41,983 nucleotides of DNA from Candidatus Versatilivorator vitaminiformans (lineage in GTDB: Bacteria; Acidobacteriota; Terriglobia; Versatilivoradales; Versatilivoraceae), in NCBI GenBank assembly GCA_027493295.1, contig JAPVWS010000464.1:1-41983 (forward strand), given 5' to 3'. The position numbers and the translations under genes are program-made. The number at the start of each line of letters is the position of its first letter. Position 1 is the stretch's first letter. The notes below the pieces were generated by a model. That model had not been told where the DNA came from and made no database searches. It saw only the letters and a list, made by a program, of their open reading frames with translations. Positions 1-10,764 of this stretch are shown here, one piece after another.

Positions 1-45
1 GAGTCACGACATGCGCGGCGCGCCAGTTCTCCCGGTGGGGGGGCG

Positions 46-83
46 CCGCGCGTGCCGGTCTGGAGACCGGCGTTCCAAGCCGT
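46..83 (+). repeat. REP-like intergenic repeat, copy A (38-nt core)
   Basis: ccgcgcgtgccggtctggagaccggcgttccaagccgt is identical to 4046..4083. It contains an 8-bp stem (GCCGGTCT / AGACCGGC) and lies just downstream of the E1-beta stop. Confidence 0.9.
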
Positions 84-107
84 ACGTGCTTCCCGGCGGG
101 CTTTCCG

Positions 108-1088
108 TCAGTAGCGGACCAGGCGGCGGGCGGTCTCCGCCACCCGGGCGGCGTTCGGGAGCACCGCGTCCTCGAGTTCGGCGGCGTAGGGAACCGGGGT
201 GTCCGCCGCCGCGACCCGCGCCACCGGGGCGTCGAGGTCGCCGAAGAGATGCTCCGCCGCGAGCGCCGCGATCTCGCCGCCGAAACCACCGGTGAGGTTG
301 TCCTCGTGGAGCACCAGCAGCCGGCTGGTGCGGCGGACGGAATCGAAGAGCGCGTCCCGGTCGAGCGGGACCAGGCAGCGCAGGTCGATCACCTCGGCTT
401 CCACTCCTTCGGGGGCGAGTCCCTCCGCGGCTTCGAGCGCGACCCACACGGCGGCCCCGTAGGCGGCGATGGTGAGCGCATCCCCTGCCCGCCGGACCGC
501 GGCTTTCCCGAGCGGAACCACCTCCGGGGCGCTCTCGAACTCCTCGTTCGGGACCTTCAGGCTCCGGTAGAGGCGTTTGTGTTCCAGGAAGAGCACCGGA
601 TCGTCGTCGCGGATGGCGGCGCGCAGCAGGCCGGCGGCATCCGGCGCCGTTGCGGGGGCCGCGACCTTGATTCCCGGCGTGTGGGCGAAGTGCGCTTCCG
701 GATTCTGCGAGTGGAAGGGTCCGGCGCGGACTCCGGCGCCCGAGGGGCCGCGCAGCACCAGGGGAACCGCCGCGCCCGCGCGATAGCGGCTCTTGGCGGC
801 GAAGTTCGTGACCATGTTGAAGGCGCTCGCGATGAAGTCCATGAACTGGAACTCCACCACCGGACGCAGGCCGGCAAGCGCCGCCCCCACCGCCATCCCG
901 GTGAACCCCTCCTCGCTGATCGGGGTATCCATGACCCGGTCCGGGCCGAATTCGTCGAGGAAACCGTCGGTCAGGCGGAACGCCCCCCCGTAGACGCCGA
1001 TGTCCTCGCCGAGGAGGATCACCCGCGGGTCGCGTTCCATCTCCGAGCGAAGGGCCCGGCGGATGGCCTCGAAGTAGGTGACCGGCAC
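108..1088 (-). CDS. 2-oxoacid (pyruvate/branched-chain) dehydrogenase E1 component, beta subunit
   Basis: The last 327 aa of ORF 108..1508 read as a full-length transketolase-like E1-beta (VTYFEAIRRAL, ILLGEDIG.YGGAF, DTPISEEGFTG.AVGAA, PVVEFQFMDF, PVLFLEHKRLY, DTPVPY). The first 140 aa of the ORF are Arg/Gly-rich and overlap lipB. Start set at the in-frame GTG at 1088, 11 nt after the lipB stop. No clear SD, so the start is uncertain. Confidence 0.88.
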   Translation of the reverse strand: MPVTYFEAIRRALRSEMERDPRVILLGEDIGVYGGAFRLTDGFLDEFGPDRVMDTPISEEGFTGMAVGAALAGLRPVVEFQFMDFIASAFNMVTNFAAKSRYRAGAAVPLVLRGPSGAGVRAGPFHSQNPEAHFAHTPGIKVAAPATAPDAAGLLRAAIRDDDPVLFLEHKRLYRSLKVPNEEFESAPEVVPLGKAAVRRAGDALTIAAYGAAVWVALEAAEGLAPEGVEAEVIDLRCLVPLDRDALFDSVRRTSRLLVLHEDNLTGGFGGEIAALAAEHLFGDLDAPVARVAAADTPVPYAAELEDAVLPNAARVAETARRLVRY

Positions 1089-1099
1089 GTCGGGAACCG

Positions 1100-1806
1100 T
1101 CAGGGACCGGCGTTGGCGCGCGCCAATGGCAGGTCGTCCGGCGCCGGGACGAGCCGGCGGCCCAGGATCTCCGCGAACGCATCCGCGAGCCGGTCGGCGA
1201 CCGCGTCCAGCGGCACGGCGCGGCCGGTTTCCGCTGCGAGCGAGGTTGCCGCCGCATCCCGGATGCCGCACGCCACGATGTGCGAGAACCAGCCCAGATC
1301 GGTGGTCACGTTGAACGCCAGTCCGTGCGACGCCACCCAGCGGGAGACCCGGACCCCGATGGAGGCCAGCTTGCGGGGAGATCCTCCGGCGCCGCACCAC
1401 ACGCCGGTCAGTCCCTCGCGGCGGGTGGCCGCCGTTCCGAACCCCGCCGCCGTGTCGATGGCGGCCGCCTCCAGCGCCCGCAGGTAGGCGTGGACATCCT
1501 TCCGCCAACCGCCAAGATGGACGATCGGGTAAGCCACCAGTTGGCCGGGCCCGTGAAACGTCACATCCCCCCCGCGGTCCGTCTCGACGACCTCGGCCCC
1601 GCGTCCCGCGAGCGCGTCGGGCGACTCCAGCAGGTTCTCGCGGTGGGCGCTCTTCCCGAGCGTGTAGACGGGCGGGTGCTCGGTGAGCAGGAGGACATCG
1701 GGGATCTCGTCGCGCTGGCGGCGCCCGACCAGATCCCGCTGGAAGTTCCAGGCGGCCCGATAGCCGAGCGGGCGGAGATCGAGCCGCCAGAGCGGCGGCG
1801 CCGGGG

Positions 1807-1810
<4 letters not shown>
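1100..1810 (-). CDS. lipB: lipoyl(octanoyl) transferase
   Basis: The C-terminal 236 aa of ORF 1100..2311 match LipB by eye (LLLTEHPPVYTLG, DRGGDVTFHGPGQLV.YP, K...IGVRVSRWV..HG.A.NV). A TTG start at 1810 overlaps the lpdA stop (TTGA). It puts the start about 6 aa before the conserved N-terminal block, as in E. coli LipB. Confidence 0.9.
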
Positions 1811-3834
<2,024 letters not shown>

Positions 3835-3840
3835 CGGCGC

Positions 3841-3877
3841 CGGCCTGGAACGCCGGTCTCCAGACCGGCACGCGCAG
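3841..3877 (-). repeat. REP-like intergenic repeat, copy B (inverted)
   Basis: Reverse complement of the 38-nt core with 2 mismatches (cggcctggaacgccggtctccagaccggcacgcgcag). It is followed by a GC hairpin, gcgcagcgctccgcgctgcgc. Confidence 0.85.
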
Positions 3878-3942
3878 CGCTCCGCGCTGCGCCCGTTGTA
3901 ACTCCAACTACCCCCGTGGCGCGCGGGCCGGCCGCGTACCCA

Positions 3943-3966
3943 AGACCGGCGTTCCAAGCCGTTGCG
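3943..3966 (+). repeat. REP-like intergenic repeat, partial copy D
   Basis: agaccggcgttccaagccgttgcg is identical to 4065..4088. Confidence 0.8.
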
Positions 3967-4045
3967 TCGCCCGCGCTGTTGAACTCGACGCCGAGGTGGG
4001 AGCTACCTCTTCGGGGTGGAGTTGCGCCGTGCGCGGTGCGGAGCA

Positions 4046-4083
4046 CCGCGCGTGCCGGTCTGGAGACCGGCGTTCCAAGCCGT
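4046..4083 (+). repeat. REP-like intergenic repeat, copy C
   Basis: Identical to 46..83. Its upstream flank (about 4013..4045) also resembles the reverse complement of the flank of copy B. As a result, 3841..4083 forms a composite palindrome between the convergent thioesterase and nadE genes. Confidence 0.9.
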
Positions 4084-4100
4084 TGCGCATTCCTGTCCTC

Positions 4101-4940
4101 CTACCTCCACCAGGTGTCCTGAGGCACCACAGGGGTTCGGCGCTTGTGCTCGGTGGCGCGGTAGAGCGCGTCGATCCGGTCCGCGACGTCCGCGGGCACC
4201 GGCAGGCCCTCCAGGTAGTCGTCGATCGCCTGGTAGCTGATCCCGAGCGCCTCCTCGTCCGGCAGCCCCGGGCGCAGGTCCTCGAGGTCGGCGGTCGGGG
4301 ACTTGGCGACGATCGCTTCCGGCGCGCCGAGATGAGCCGCCAACCGGCGCACCTGGCGCTTGCTGAGCCCGAAGAGCGGACACACGTCCACTCCGCCGTC
4401 GCCGAACTTGGTGAAGAACCCGACGAGCGCCTCCGCGGAGTGGTCCGTCCCCACCACGAGTCCGCCCTCGAGGTTCGCGAGGTGGTACTGCACCGCCATC
4501 CGCATCCGGGCCTTCGTGTTCCCCCGCGCGTAGTCGCGGGCCGTTTCGGAACCCGCCTCCAGATGGTCCTTCGGCAGCGACGCTTCGAGGGCCCGGACTG
4601 CGCGGCCGATGTTCACGCTGACCACTTCCGACGGCTCGATCCACTCGAGGACTCGTTCGGCGTCGGCAGCGTCGCGCTGCTTGCCGTAGGGGAGCCGCAC
4701 CGCCACGAAGCGGTACGCCCCGCCGTCCCGATTCGCCGCGGCGACGGTCAGCGAAGCGAGCCGCCCGGTGAGCGCCGAATCCACACCGCCGGACACCGCG
4801 AGCCAGAGACTCCGCTGTCCGCTGGCCACCAGGTACGCCCGCAGGAAAGCCACCCGGTTCCGCACCTCGATCTCCGGATCGATCCGCGGGGAAACGCCGA
4901 GGCCGCTCCGGAGCGCGGGCGGGGCGGTGCGGTCCTTCAC
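4101..4940 (-). CDS. nadE: NH3-dependent NAD+ synthetase
   Basis: Collinear by eye with E. coli NadE (SGG.DS, FVAVRLPYG, ARGN.KAR.RM..QY, VVGTDH.AE...GFFTK.GDGG.D..PL..L.KRQ, PTADLED..P...DE.ALG..Y..IDDYLEG, TEHKRR). Start at GTG 4940 gives 279 aa, compared with 275 aa in E. coli. Confidence 0.92.
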   Translation of the reverse strand: MKDRTAPPALRSGLGVSPRIDPEIEVRNRVAFLRAYLVASGQRSLWLAVSGGVDSALTGRLASLTVAAANRDGGAYRFVAVRLPYGKQRDAADAERVLEWIEPSEVVSVNIGRAVRALEASLPKDHLEAGSETARDYARGNTKARMRMAVQYHLANLEGGLVVGTDHSAEALVGFFTKFGDGGVDVCPLFGLSKRQVRRLAAHLGAPEAIVAKSPTADLEDLRPGLPDEEALGISYQAIDDYLEGLPVPADVADRIDALYRATEHKRRTPVVPQDTWWR

Positions 4941-5189
4941 CCCGCGAATTATGGGGACTTGCGTCGCCCGAAGGCCGGGAAATCCCGAACGGTGAGCCGA
5001 ATCGCAATTCGGGTTATTGGATAATAGTCCCGACAAACCCGTGAAGGCATCCAGGAATGCCCTTTTTTCAATGAGTTATGGCGCCTCTCCGGGAATCCTT
5101 CCCTGGTGCGGGACTTGCGGTTCAACCTCGGTTCGGTTTGTCTCATAGAGCCCGAGCCAAATCGTCTCTCGTCAAGGAGGGCCTTGCCC

Positions 5190-8039
5190 ATGAAACGACA
5201 CCTGCTGCGATCGCTGACGGTCGCCGCACTGCTCCTGATTCCGGCGTCGCTCGCGGCGCAGATCACCGCCGGGCGGCTCGACGGCGCCGCCCAGGACGAA
5301 CAGGGGCTCGTTCTTCCGGGGGTCACCGTCACCCTCGAATCGGACGCCCTGCTCGGAAGCCGCATCGCGGTCACCGACATCGACGGTTCGTTCCGATTCC
5401 AGGGGCTGCCGGCGGGCAGCTACACCATGACGTTCGAGCTGGGCGGGTTCGCCACCGTGGTCCGCGAGGACGTGACGGTCATCACGGGACAGACGTTCAC
5501 CGTGAACCAGACGCTCTCGGTGGCCGCGGTCGCCGAGACGGTGACCGTCACCGGCGAGTCCCCGGTGGTGGACGTGAAGTCCAGCCGCTTCGGCGGAACC
5601 TTTGACGACACCGCCATTCTGGAGGTCCCGAACTCCACCGATCCGCACGCCATGCTGGCGCTCACCCCGGGCATCCGGATGCGCGGCTTCGACGTGGCGG
5701 GCTCCCACAAGGCCCAGCAGTCCGGTTTCGACGCCTTCGGGCTCCGCAACCAGAACCGCATCGTCATCGACGGCGTGGACTCCAACTTCAGCACCGGCGG
5801 TTTCGGCTTCTACATGGACAGCCTGACCGTCAACCAGTTCAACATCTCGAACGCCGGCGCCGACGTGGAGAACGCCTGGGCCGGGAACACGATCGTGATG
5901 GACATCAAGACCGGCGGTAACGACCTGTCCGCGCTGCTCTACGCCGACTATCTCGGGGAGAGCTTCGTGGGCGACAACCTGACGTCCGAACTCGAGGACC
6001 GGGGCGCGGGCACGAACCACATGCTCACCTACTGGGAGGCGCACGCCGACGTGGGCGGCCCGCTGCTGCGGGACAAGGCCTGGTTCTTCCTCGCCTACAA
6101 CAACAACCTGACCCACCGGGCGATTTCCGGCCTCGATCCGGAAGTCATCAAGGAAGAGGCCATCCTGCGCAACTACTACACGAAGGTGAACTTCGCACTC
6201 TCCGAGAAGGACGAACTGATCGGCTACAGCCAGTGGGGCCTCAAGAACCGGCCCAACCGCGGCATCAACGCCCTGAACTCGCCCGACGTCCGCCTCGCCC
6301 AGGACTCGTGGACCTGGGTCCACAAGGCCGAGTGGCAGCGGGTCTGGAGCGACCGGGCCTTCTCGAACGTGAAGGCCATGCACTACGGGGTCACCTGGCC
6401 CATGGTGCCGGCGGTGGAGCCGGACACCCATCCGCCCCGGATCGACCTGGACACCTCGCGGCGCACCGGCGCCGGGGTCTGGCCGTTCACCTACGACAAG
6501 CAGCGGCCACAGTTCGTCGGCATCCTGAACTACTACGTCCCCGACGCCGGCGGAAGCCACGACCTCAAGTTCGGGGTGGACTACATGGAGGACTCACGCC
6601 TCTTCTTCTCGAACAACGCCTCGGGATCCATCCAGTACCGGGACCGTCCGGCGGGCATCTCCGAGATTCTCTTCGTGAACACTCCGACGGCCGTATCGGA
6701 CACCCGGGACGCCAACCTGCACTTCTTCGCGCAGGACACCTGGCAGATCAACCCGCGGCTGACGATCACCGCGGGAATCCGGGTCGCACACCAGTACGGG
6801 TGGTACAACGGGGCGGACCTCGCGCCGGACTATCCCGAGTTCTTCCTGAGCGGGGTGTCCATCCAGCGGAAGGACATCTTCACCTGGACCGACTTCTATC
6901 CCCGCTTCGCCGTCACCTATGACCTCACCGGTGAGGGCCGCACGGTGGTGAAGGCCTCGGTCAGCCGCTACACCCACAACGTCGGCCCGGACGGCTTCGT
7001 GGCCGCGAATCCGGCGTCGCGCCAGCAGGTCGTTTTCCAGTTCCTCGACCCCAACGGGAACGGCACCTACGACGGCCAGCACGAACTCGGCGATTTGCTG
7101 AGCCAGTCGTCCGGAACCGGTCTTCCGGTCGGCCGTGTCGAGGGCGGCGTCCCGGTGGACTTCTCCAAGAAACGCTACTACGACGAAATCACGGCATCGA
7201 TCGAGAGCGAGATCATGCCGGAGACCAACCTGCGCCTCTCCTTCGTGCGCAAGATGGACCGGAACGTCTTCGACACCTACCGGGTGGATCTCCTCGACGC
7301 GCTGCTCAACAACGCCATCCTGTGCGGCGACGACGTCTTCCCCTGCCCGATCAACCCGATCAACGGACAGATGGTCACCACGTTGTCCCGTCCGCCTGCG
7401 GGGACCGGCACGGCGAACCAGGTCAAGACCGGCCCGGCGGGGCTCGATTCCAACGAGTACGACAACATCGAGATGGGTCTCAGCCGCCGGTTCCGCAGCG
7501 GGCTCTTCCTGCAGGGCAGCTTCCACTACCAGTGGCGGAACGAACTCGTCTGCTGCGGCAGCAGCGGGAGCGCCGACACCCAGGCCGACCCGTGGACGCT
7601 CGGCATCCAGGGCAGCGGGCTGAACTGGAACTCGGCGGTGAGCACCAAGCAGCAGCACACCAACTGGAACCTGAAGGCGATCGGCCGCTACCAGATTCCG
7701 AACATCGGGGCCGCGATCTCCTTCCAGTACCGCGCGCAGAGCGGCTGGGCCTATGCGCCGATCCTGCCGGTGGTGATTCCCGGCGGCGCCGGCACGAACC
7801 AGGTGCCGCTCTCCGACATGACCGAACGCTCCGACGACGTACTCATCCTCGACGTCCGCGCCGAGAAGGACCTCTCGTTCTGGGATCGCGACAAGCTGTC
7901 GATCTTCTTCGACGCCTACAACGTCACGAACTCCAACCCGGTCCTGAACCAGATCATCCGCGCCGGTTCCGCCTACAACCGGGTGATCGGCTTCCTGGAG
8001 CCGCGCACCTTCAAGGTCGGCGCGCGCTACCAGTTCTGA
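5190..8039 (+). CDS. TonB-dependent receptor-like outer-membrane beta-barrel with an N-terminal carboxypeptidase-regulatory-like domain
   Basis: AAGGAGG SD at 5174..5180. Signal peptide MKRHLLRSLTVAALLLIPASLAAQ. A CarboxypepD_reg-like block (GVTVTL......TD.DG.FRF.GLPAGSY...FEL.GF) is followed by a plug-like segment, a long Gly/Asn/Tyr/Trp-rich beta-strand region and a terminal aromatic (..GARYQF). Confidence 0.85.
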   Translation: MKRHLLRSLTVAALLLIPASLAAQITAGRLDGAAQDEQGLVLPGVTVTLESDALLGSRIAVTDIDGSFRFQGLPAGSYTMTFELGGFATVVREDVTVITGQTFTVNQTLSVAAVAETVTVTGESPVVDVKSSRFGGTFDDTAILEVPNSTDPHAMLALTPGIRMRGFDVAGSHKAQQSGFDAFGLRNQNRIVIDGVDSNFSTGGFGFYMDSLTVNQFNISNAGADVENAWAGNTIVMDIKTGGNDLSALLYADYLGESFVGDNLTSELEDRGAGTNHMLTYWEAHADVGGPLLRDKAWFFLAYNNNLTHRAISGLDPEVIKEEAILRNYYTKVNFALSEKDELIGYSQWGLKNRPNRGINALNSPDVRLAQDSWTWVHKAEWQRVWSDRAFSNVKAMHYGVTWPMVPAVEPDTHPPRIDLDTSRRTGAGVWPFTYDKQRPQFVGILNYYVPDAGGSHDLKFGVDYMEDSRLFFSNNASGSIQYRDRPAGISEILFVNTPTAVSDTRDANLHFFAQDTWQINPRLTITAGIRVAHQYGWYNGADLAPDYPEFFLSGVSIQRKDIFTWTDFYPRFAVTYDLTGEGRTVVKASVSRYTHNVGPDGFVAANPASRQQVVFQFLDPNGNGTYDGQHELGDLLSQSSGTGLPVGRVEGGVPVDFSKKRYYDEITASIESEIMPETNLRLSFVRKMDRNVFDTYRVDLLDALLNNAILCGDDVFPCPINPINGQMVTTLSRPPAGTGTANQVKTGPAGLDSNEYDNIEMGLSRRFRSGLFLQGSFHYQWRNELVCCGSSGSADTQADPWTLGIQGSGLNWNSAVSTKQQHTNWNLKAIGRYQIPNIGAAISFQYRAQSGWAYAPILPVVIPGGAGTNQVPLSDMTERSDDVLILDVRAEKDLSFWDRDKLSIFFDAYNVTNSNPVLNQIIRAGSAYNRVIGFLEPRTFKVGARYQF

Positions 8040-8055
8040 TCTGAACCAAGCGCCA

Positions 8056-8091
8056 GGGCGGTGGGCTCGCAAGAGCCCACCGCCCTTTTTT
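8056..8091 (+). terminator. rho-independent terminator
   Basis: A 13-bp perfect stem (gggcggtgggctc / gagcccaccgccc) with loop gcaa, followed by tttttt. It lies 16 nt after the receptor stop, between convergent genes. Confidence 0.8.
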
Positions 8092-8099
8092 CTTTCCCT

Positions 8100-9359
8100 C
8101 TACCGGCGCCGGAGCGCCAGGACGCGCTCGTTCTCCGGATCGAAGTGCAGCACCTGTGAAAGCCGGTAGGCAATCTCCCCCAGGTGGATCAGGGCGCAGG
8201 AAAGGTGGGCTTCCCGGGCGGGAGCGGTGGGGCGGGAGCGGTCGCGCACGCACTGAAGGAACTGGGCCATGTTCTGACGACCGGTCTCGGCCAGGCTCCC
8301 TTCCTTCATGCCCTCTCCCTTGTGCTCTTTCTTGCCCATGTAAACCTGAAAATATCCTCGCCGCGAGAGCACCATGTATCCCTCGGTCCCGTAGAAGGTG
8401 TTGCCGCTGTCATACCCATGGAGCCCGTAGGGTGTCCAGAGGCGTTCCTCGTAGAGGAGCACCTTTCCCTGCCCGTACTGGTAGGCCACCATCATGTTGT
8501 CCGGATATTCCCGCGCTCCCGCCAGGTCGATTTGGCTTCCGTGGGCGGTGATGCGCTCGGGGTGAGTGTCGACGCCCAGCGCCCAGCGGGCAAGGTCCAG
8601 ATCGTGGGCCCCGTCGTCGCCGATATCCCCATTGCTGTAGTCGCGGAAGAGCCTCCAGTTGCGATGAAATCGATTGGGGTTGAAGGGACGACGCGGGGCC
8701 GGACCCAGCCACCTGTCGTAGTCGACCCCCTCGGGAACCGGCCCATCCGGCGCCATCGGGCGCTCGATCTGCCGCTGCACGTTCCAGGCCTTGGTCGTCT
8801 TGACCTCGCCCAGGGTCCCGGCAGCCAGGATCTCGCCGGCCCGGGCCAGCAGCGGGCTGGCCCGCATCTGGGTTCCGTGCTGAAAGATTCGATTGTATTT
8901 GCGTTCCGCCTCGACCAGAAGCTGACCCTCCCGAAAGACGTGGCTGGCGGCCTTTTCGACATAGACGTCCTTGCCGGCCTTCATGGCTCGCAGGGCCATG
9001 GGAGCGTGCCAGTGGTGGGGAGTGGCGATGACGATGGCGTCGATAGAGGAGTCGGCCAGGACGTTGCGGAAGTCGCCTTCCAGCTTGGGCGTCTTGCCGG
9101 TCGCATTCTTGACAGTCTCACTTACCTTCTGCAGAACCGCCGGGTCCACGTCGCAGAGAGTCACGATGTGGGCATCGGTCCGGTTGGCCAGGGTCCTGAC
9201 GTGAAAGTGGCCCATGCCGTTGATGCCGATCACGGCCACATTCACCTTCTCGTTAGGCGAGCTGGATCCGGACCGGATTGCCAGAGTGCCCATCATCCCC
9301 AAAGCGGCCGATCCGCCCAGCGAGTAGGACAGGATCCTGCGACGAGTAATCGTTTTCAT
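8100..9359 (-). CDS. Gfo/Idh/MocA-family NAD(P)-dependent oxidoreductase with a twin-arginine signal
   Basis: MKTITRRRILSYSLGGSAALG is a Tat-like leader. It is followed by a Rossmann block (VAVIGINGMG), then D.VYVEKA and the C-terminal alpha/beta domain typical of the family. Start at ATG 9359. Confidence 0.9.
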   Translation of the reverse strand: MKTITRRRILSYSLGGSAALGMMGTLAIRSGSSSPNEKVNVAVIGINGMGHFHVRTLANRTDAHIVTLCDVDPAVLQKVSETVKNATGKTPKLEGDFRNVLADSSIDAIVIATPHHWHAPMALRAMKAGKDVYVEKAASHVFREGQLLVEAERKYNRIFQHGTQMRASPLLARAGEILAAGTLGEVKTTKAWNVQRQIERPMAPDGPVPEGVDYDRWLGPAPRRPFNPNRFHRNWRLFRDYSNGDIGDDGAHDLDLARWALGVDTHPERITAHGSQIDLAGAREYPDNMMVAYQYGQGKVLLYEERLWTPYGLHGYDSGNTFYGTEGYMVLSRRGYFQVYMGKKEHKGEGMKEGSLAETGRQNMAQFLQCVRDRSRPTAPAREAHLSCALIHLGEIAYRLSQVLHFDPENERVLALRRR

Positions 9360-9430
9360 AGTCCTGTATCTCCGTTGGCGCCGGCCGGCGGCGCCCTCTA
9401 TGCCTCTACCCTCTCCCCGCATCCCGCCGC

Positions 9431-10729
9431 TCAATCCTGCAACCTGTGGTCGGAACTCCTAGGCGCAAACAAGATCACGACGACTCCGACCCCGTAGATG
9501 AAACTGGTCACCCTTCCGATGCGGGCATAGTCCCCGTCGAAGTGAGCAATCAGCCATCCGGCCAACAACACGGCTACCGCCGTCAGGATGCGACCGAAAT
9601 TGAAGCTGACCCCGGCGCCGGTGGAACGGGCGGCGGTGGGAAAAAGCTCCGGCAGGAACAGCGGCAACCACCCGAAGTAGACGCCGGAGAAGAATCCCAG
9701 GACCGAAGCCCAAATCAGAAAAGTATCATCGGTGGGAGTCAGCAGCCAGAACATGTACTGACTGGAAAATAGAGCTCCCAGACTCATCAGCAAATAGGTG
9801 CGATGCCGGCCCACCAGGCTGGCGATGACGCCCCCCAGGAGGCTTCCGATCGTCCCTGTCAGCGATCGGCAAAACTGAACCCAGGCTTTCAGGTGAGGGT
9901 CGGGCGGATCGGCGGCGGCGCCGGCCTCGCCGGCCCAGGGGATCATCCAGTTGGAGGCGCCCCACCCCCCCAGCAAGGGAACGGTCCCCAATGCGATACC
10001 GATCAGGGTCAACCGTCGCAGAGGCGGCCGGAAGACCTCGGCGGTGGCTTTGGACGGCTTTCCCGGGTCGGGCCGCGGGGCCCGTCGTTGCGCCAACCAG
10101 CGGGGCGACTCCGGAACCGCGGCCAGCACGAACAGCCCCAAGACCACGGGCGCCGCCCCCACCACCATCACCCAGCGCCAGGTGTCCGGGGTGATTTCAA
10201 CTCCCGTGGCGGTCCAGGCCATCAGGAGCAGGCCCACGTTGGCTGCCGTCCCCATGATGCCCGCCAGGATCGGTCGCGAGAGATCGGACCAGGCCTCCGA
10301 GACAATGGCCACGCCATTGGGCCACATGCCTCCGATGCCCAGGCAGGTCAAAAACCGTATGACCAGCAACTCGAAGGGACTTTGGGCCCAATAGGCCAAT
10401 CCGGAAAAAACGGAGAGACACAGAATGCTCCACCCCATGGCCTTGACACGGCCGAACCGGTCTCCCAACCGGCCAAAGAGCCAGCCCCCCGCGGCGGCGC
10501 CGAAGAGAAAGGCGCACACGTACCAGGCGAACCACTTTCCAACCAGAGCCTCGTTGGTCGACTGAAGCAGGTCGATGGCTGCCGAACGCATGGCCAGGGC
10601 GGTGATGGACATCTGCACCCCGGCGAACATCCACCCCAGAAAGGCCGTCACCACGATCAGGTAGCGGCCCCCCGCGGATAGTGGCTGGGGAGCAGGACCC
10701 GGCAGTCCCGCTGCTGAAGCATCCGGCAT
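9431..10729 (-). CDS. MFS transporter
   Basis: About 12 hydrophobic segments, the MFS signature G.L.DR.GR (GRLGDRFGR) after TM2, and PESPRW at the central loop. Start at ATG 10729 (MPDASAAG); the upstream part of the ORF is Arg-rich junk overlapping the VOC gene. Confidence 0.88.
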   Translation of the reverse strand: MPDASAAGLPGPAPQPLSAGGRYLIVVTAFLGWMFAGVQMSITALAMRSAAIDLLQSTNEALVGKWFAWYVCAFLFGAAAGGWLFGRLGDRFGRVKAMGWSILCLSVFSGLAYWAQSPFELLVIRFLTCLGIGGMWPNGVAIVSEAWSDLSRPILAGIMGTAANVGLLLMAWTATGVEITPDTWRWVMVVGAAPVVLGLFVLAAVPESPRWLAQRRAPRPDPGKPSKATAEVFRPPLRRLTLIGIALGTVPLLGGWGASNWMIPWAGEAGAAADPPDPHLKAWVQFCRSLTGTIGSLLGGVIASLVGRHRTYLLMSLGALFSSQYMFWLLTPTDDTFLIWASVLGFFSGVYFGWLPLFLPELFPTAARSTGAGVSFNFGRILTAVAVLLAGWLIAHFDGDYARIGRVTSFIYGVGVVVILFAPRSSDHRLQD

Positions 10730-10764
10730 GGTTGTCACCTTTTTCCCTCGATTGTAGAGATTGG

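Noticed and set aside
4-1487. Long ORFs 4..1257 (-), 249..1487 (+) and 11..295 (+) overlapping the E1-beta and lipB genes
   Set aside because: Their Arg/Gly/Pro-rich, low-complexity translations are typical of off-frame or antisense reading of ~70% GC DNA. The E1-beta and LipB frames have clear family motifs instead.
5172-8072. Antisense ORFs 5172..6560 (-) and 6594..8072 (-) opposite the TonB-dependent receptor
   Set aside because: I recognise no motifs, and the composition is dominated by Gly, Val, Arg, Asp and Pro, as expected for the antisense of a GC-rich gene. The plus-strand frame has an SD, a signal peptide and a terminal aromatic.
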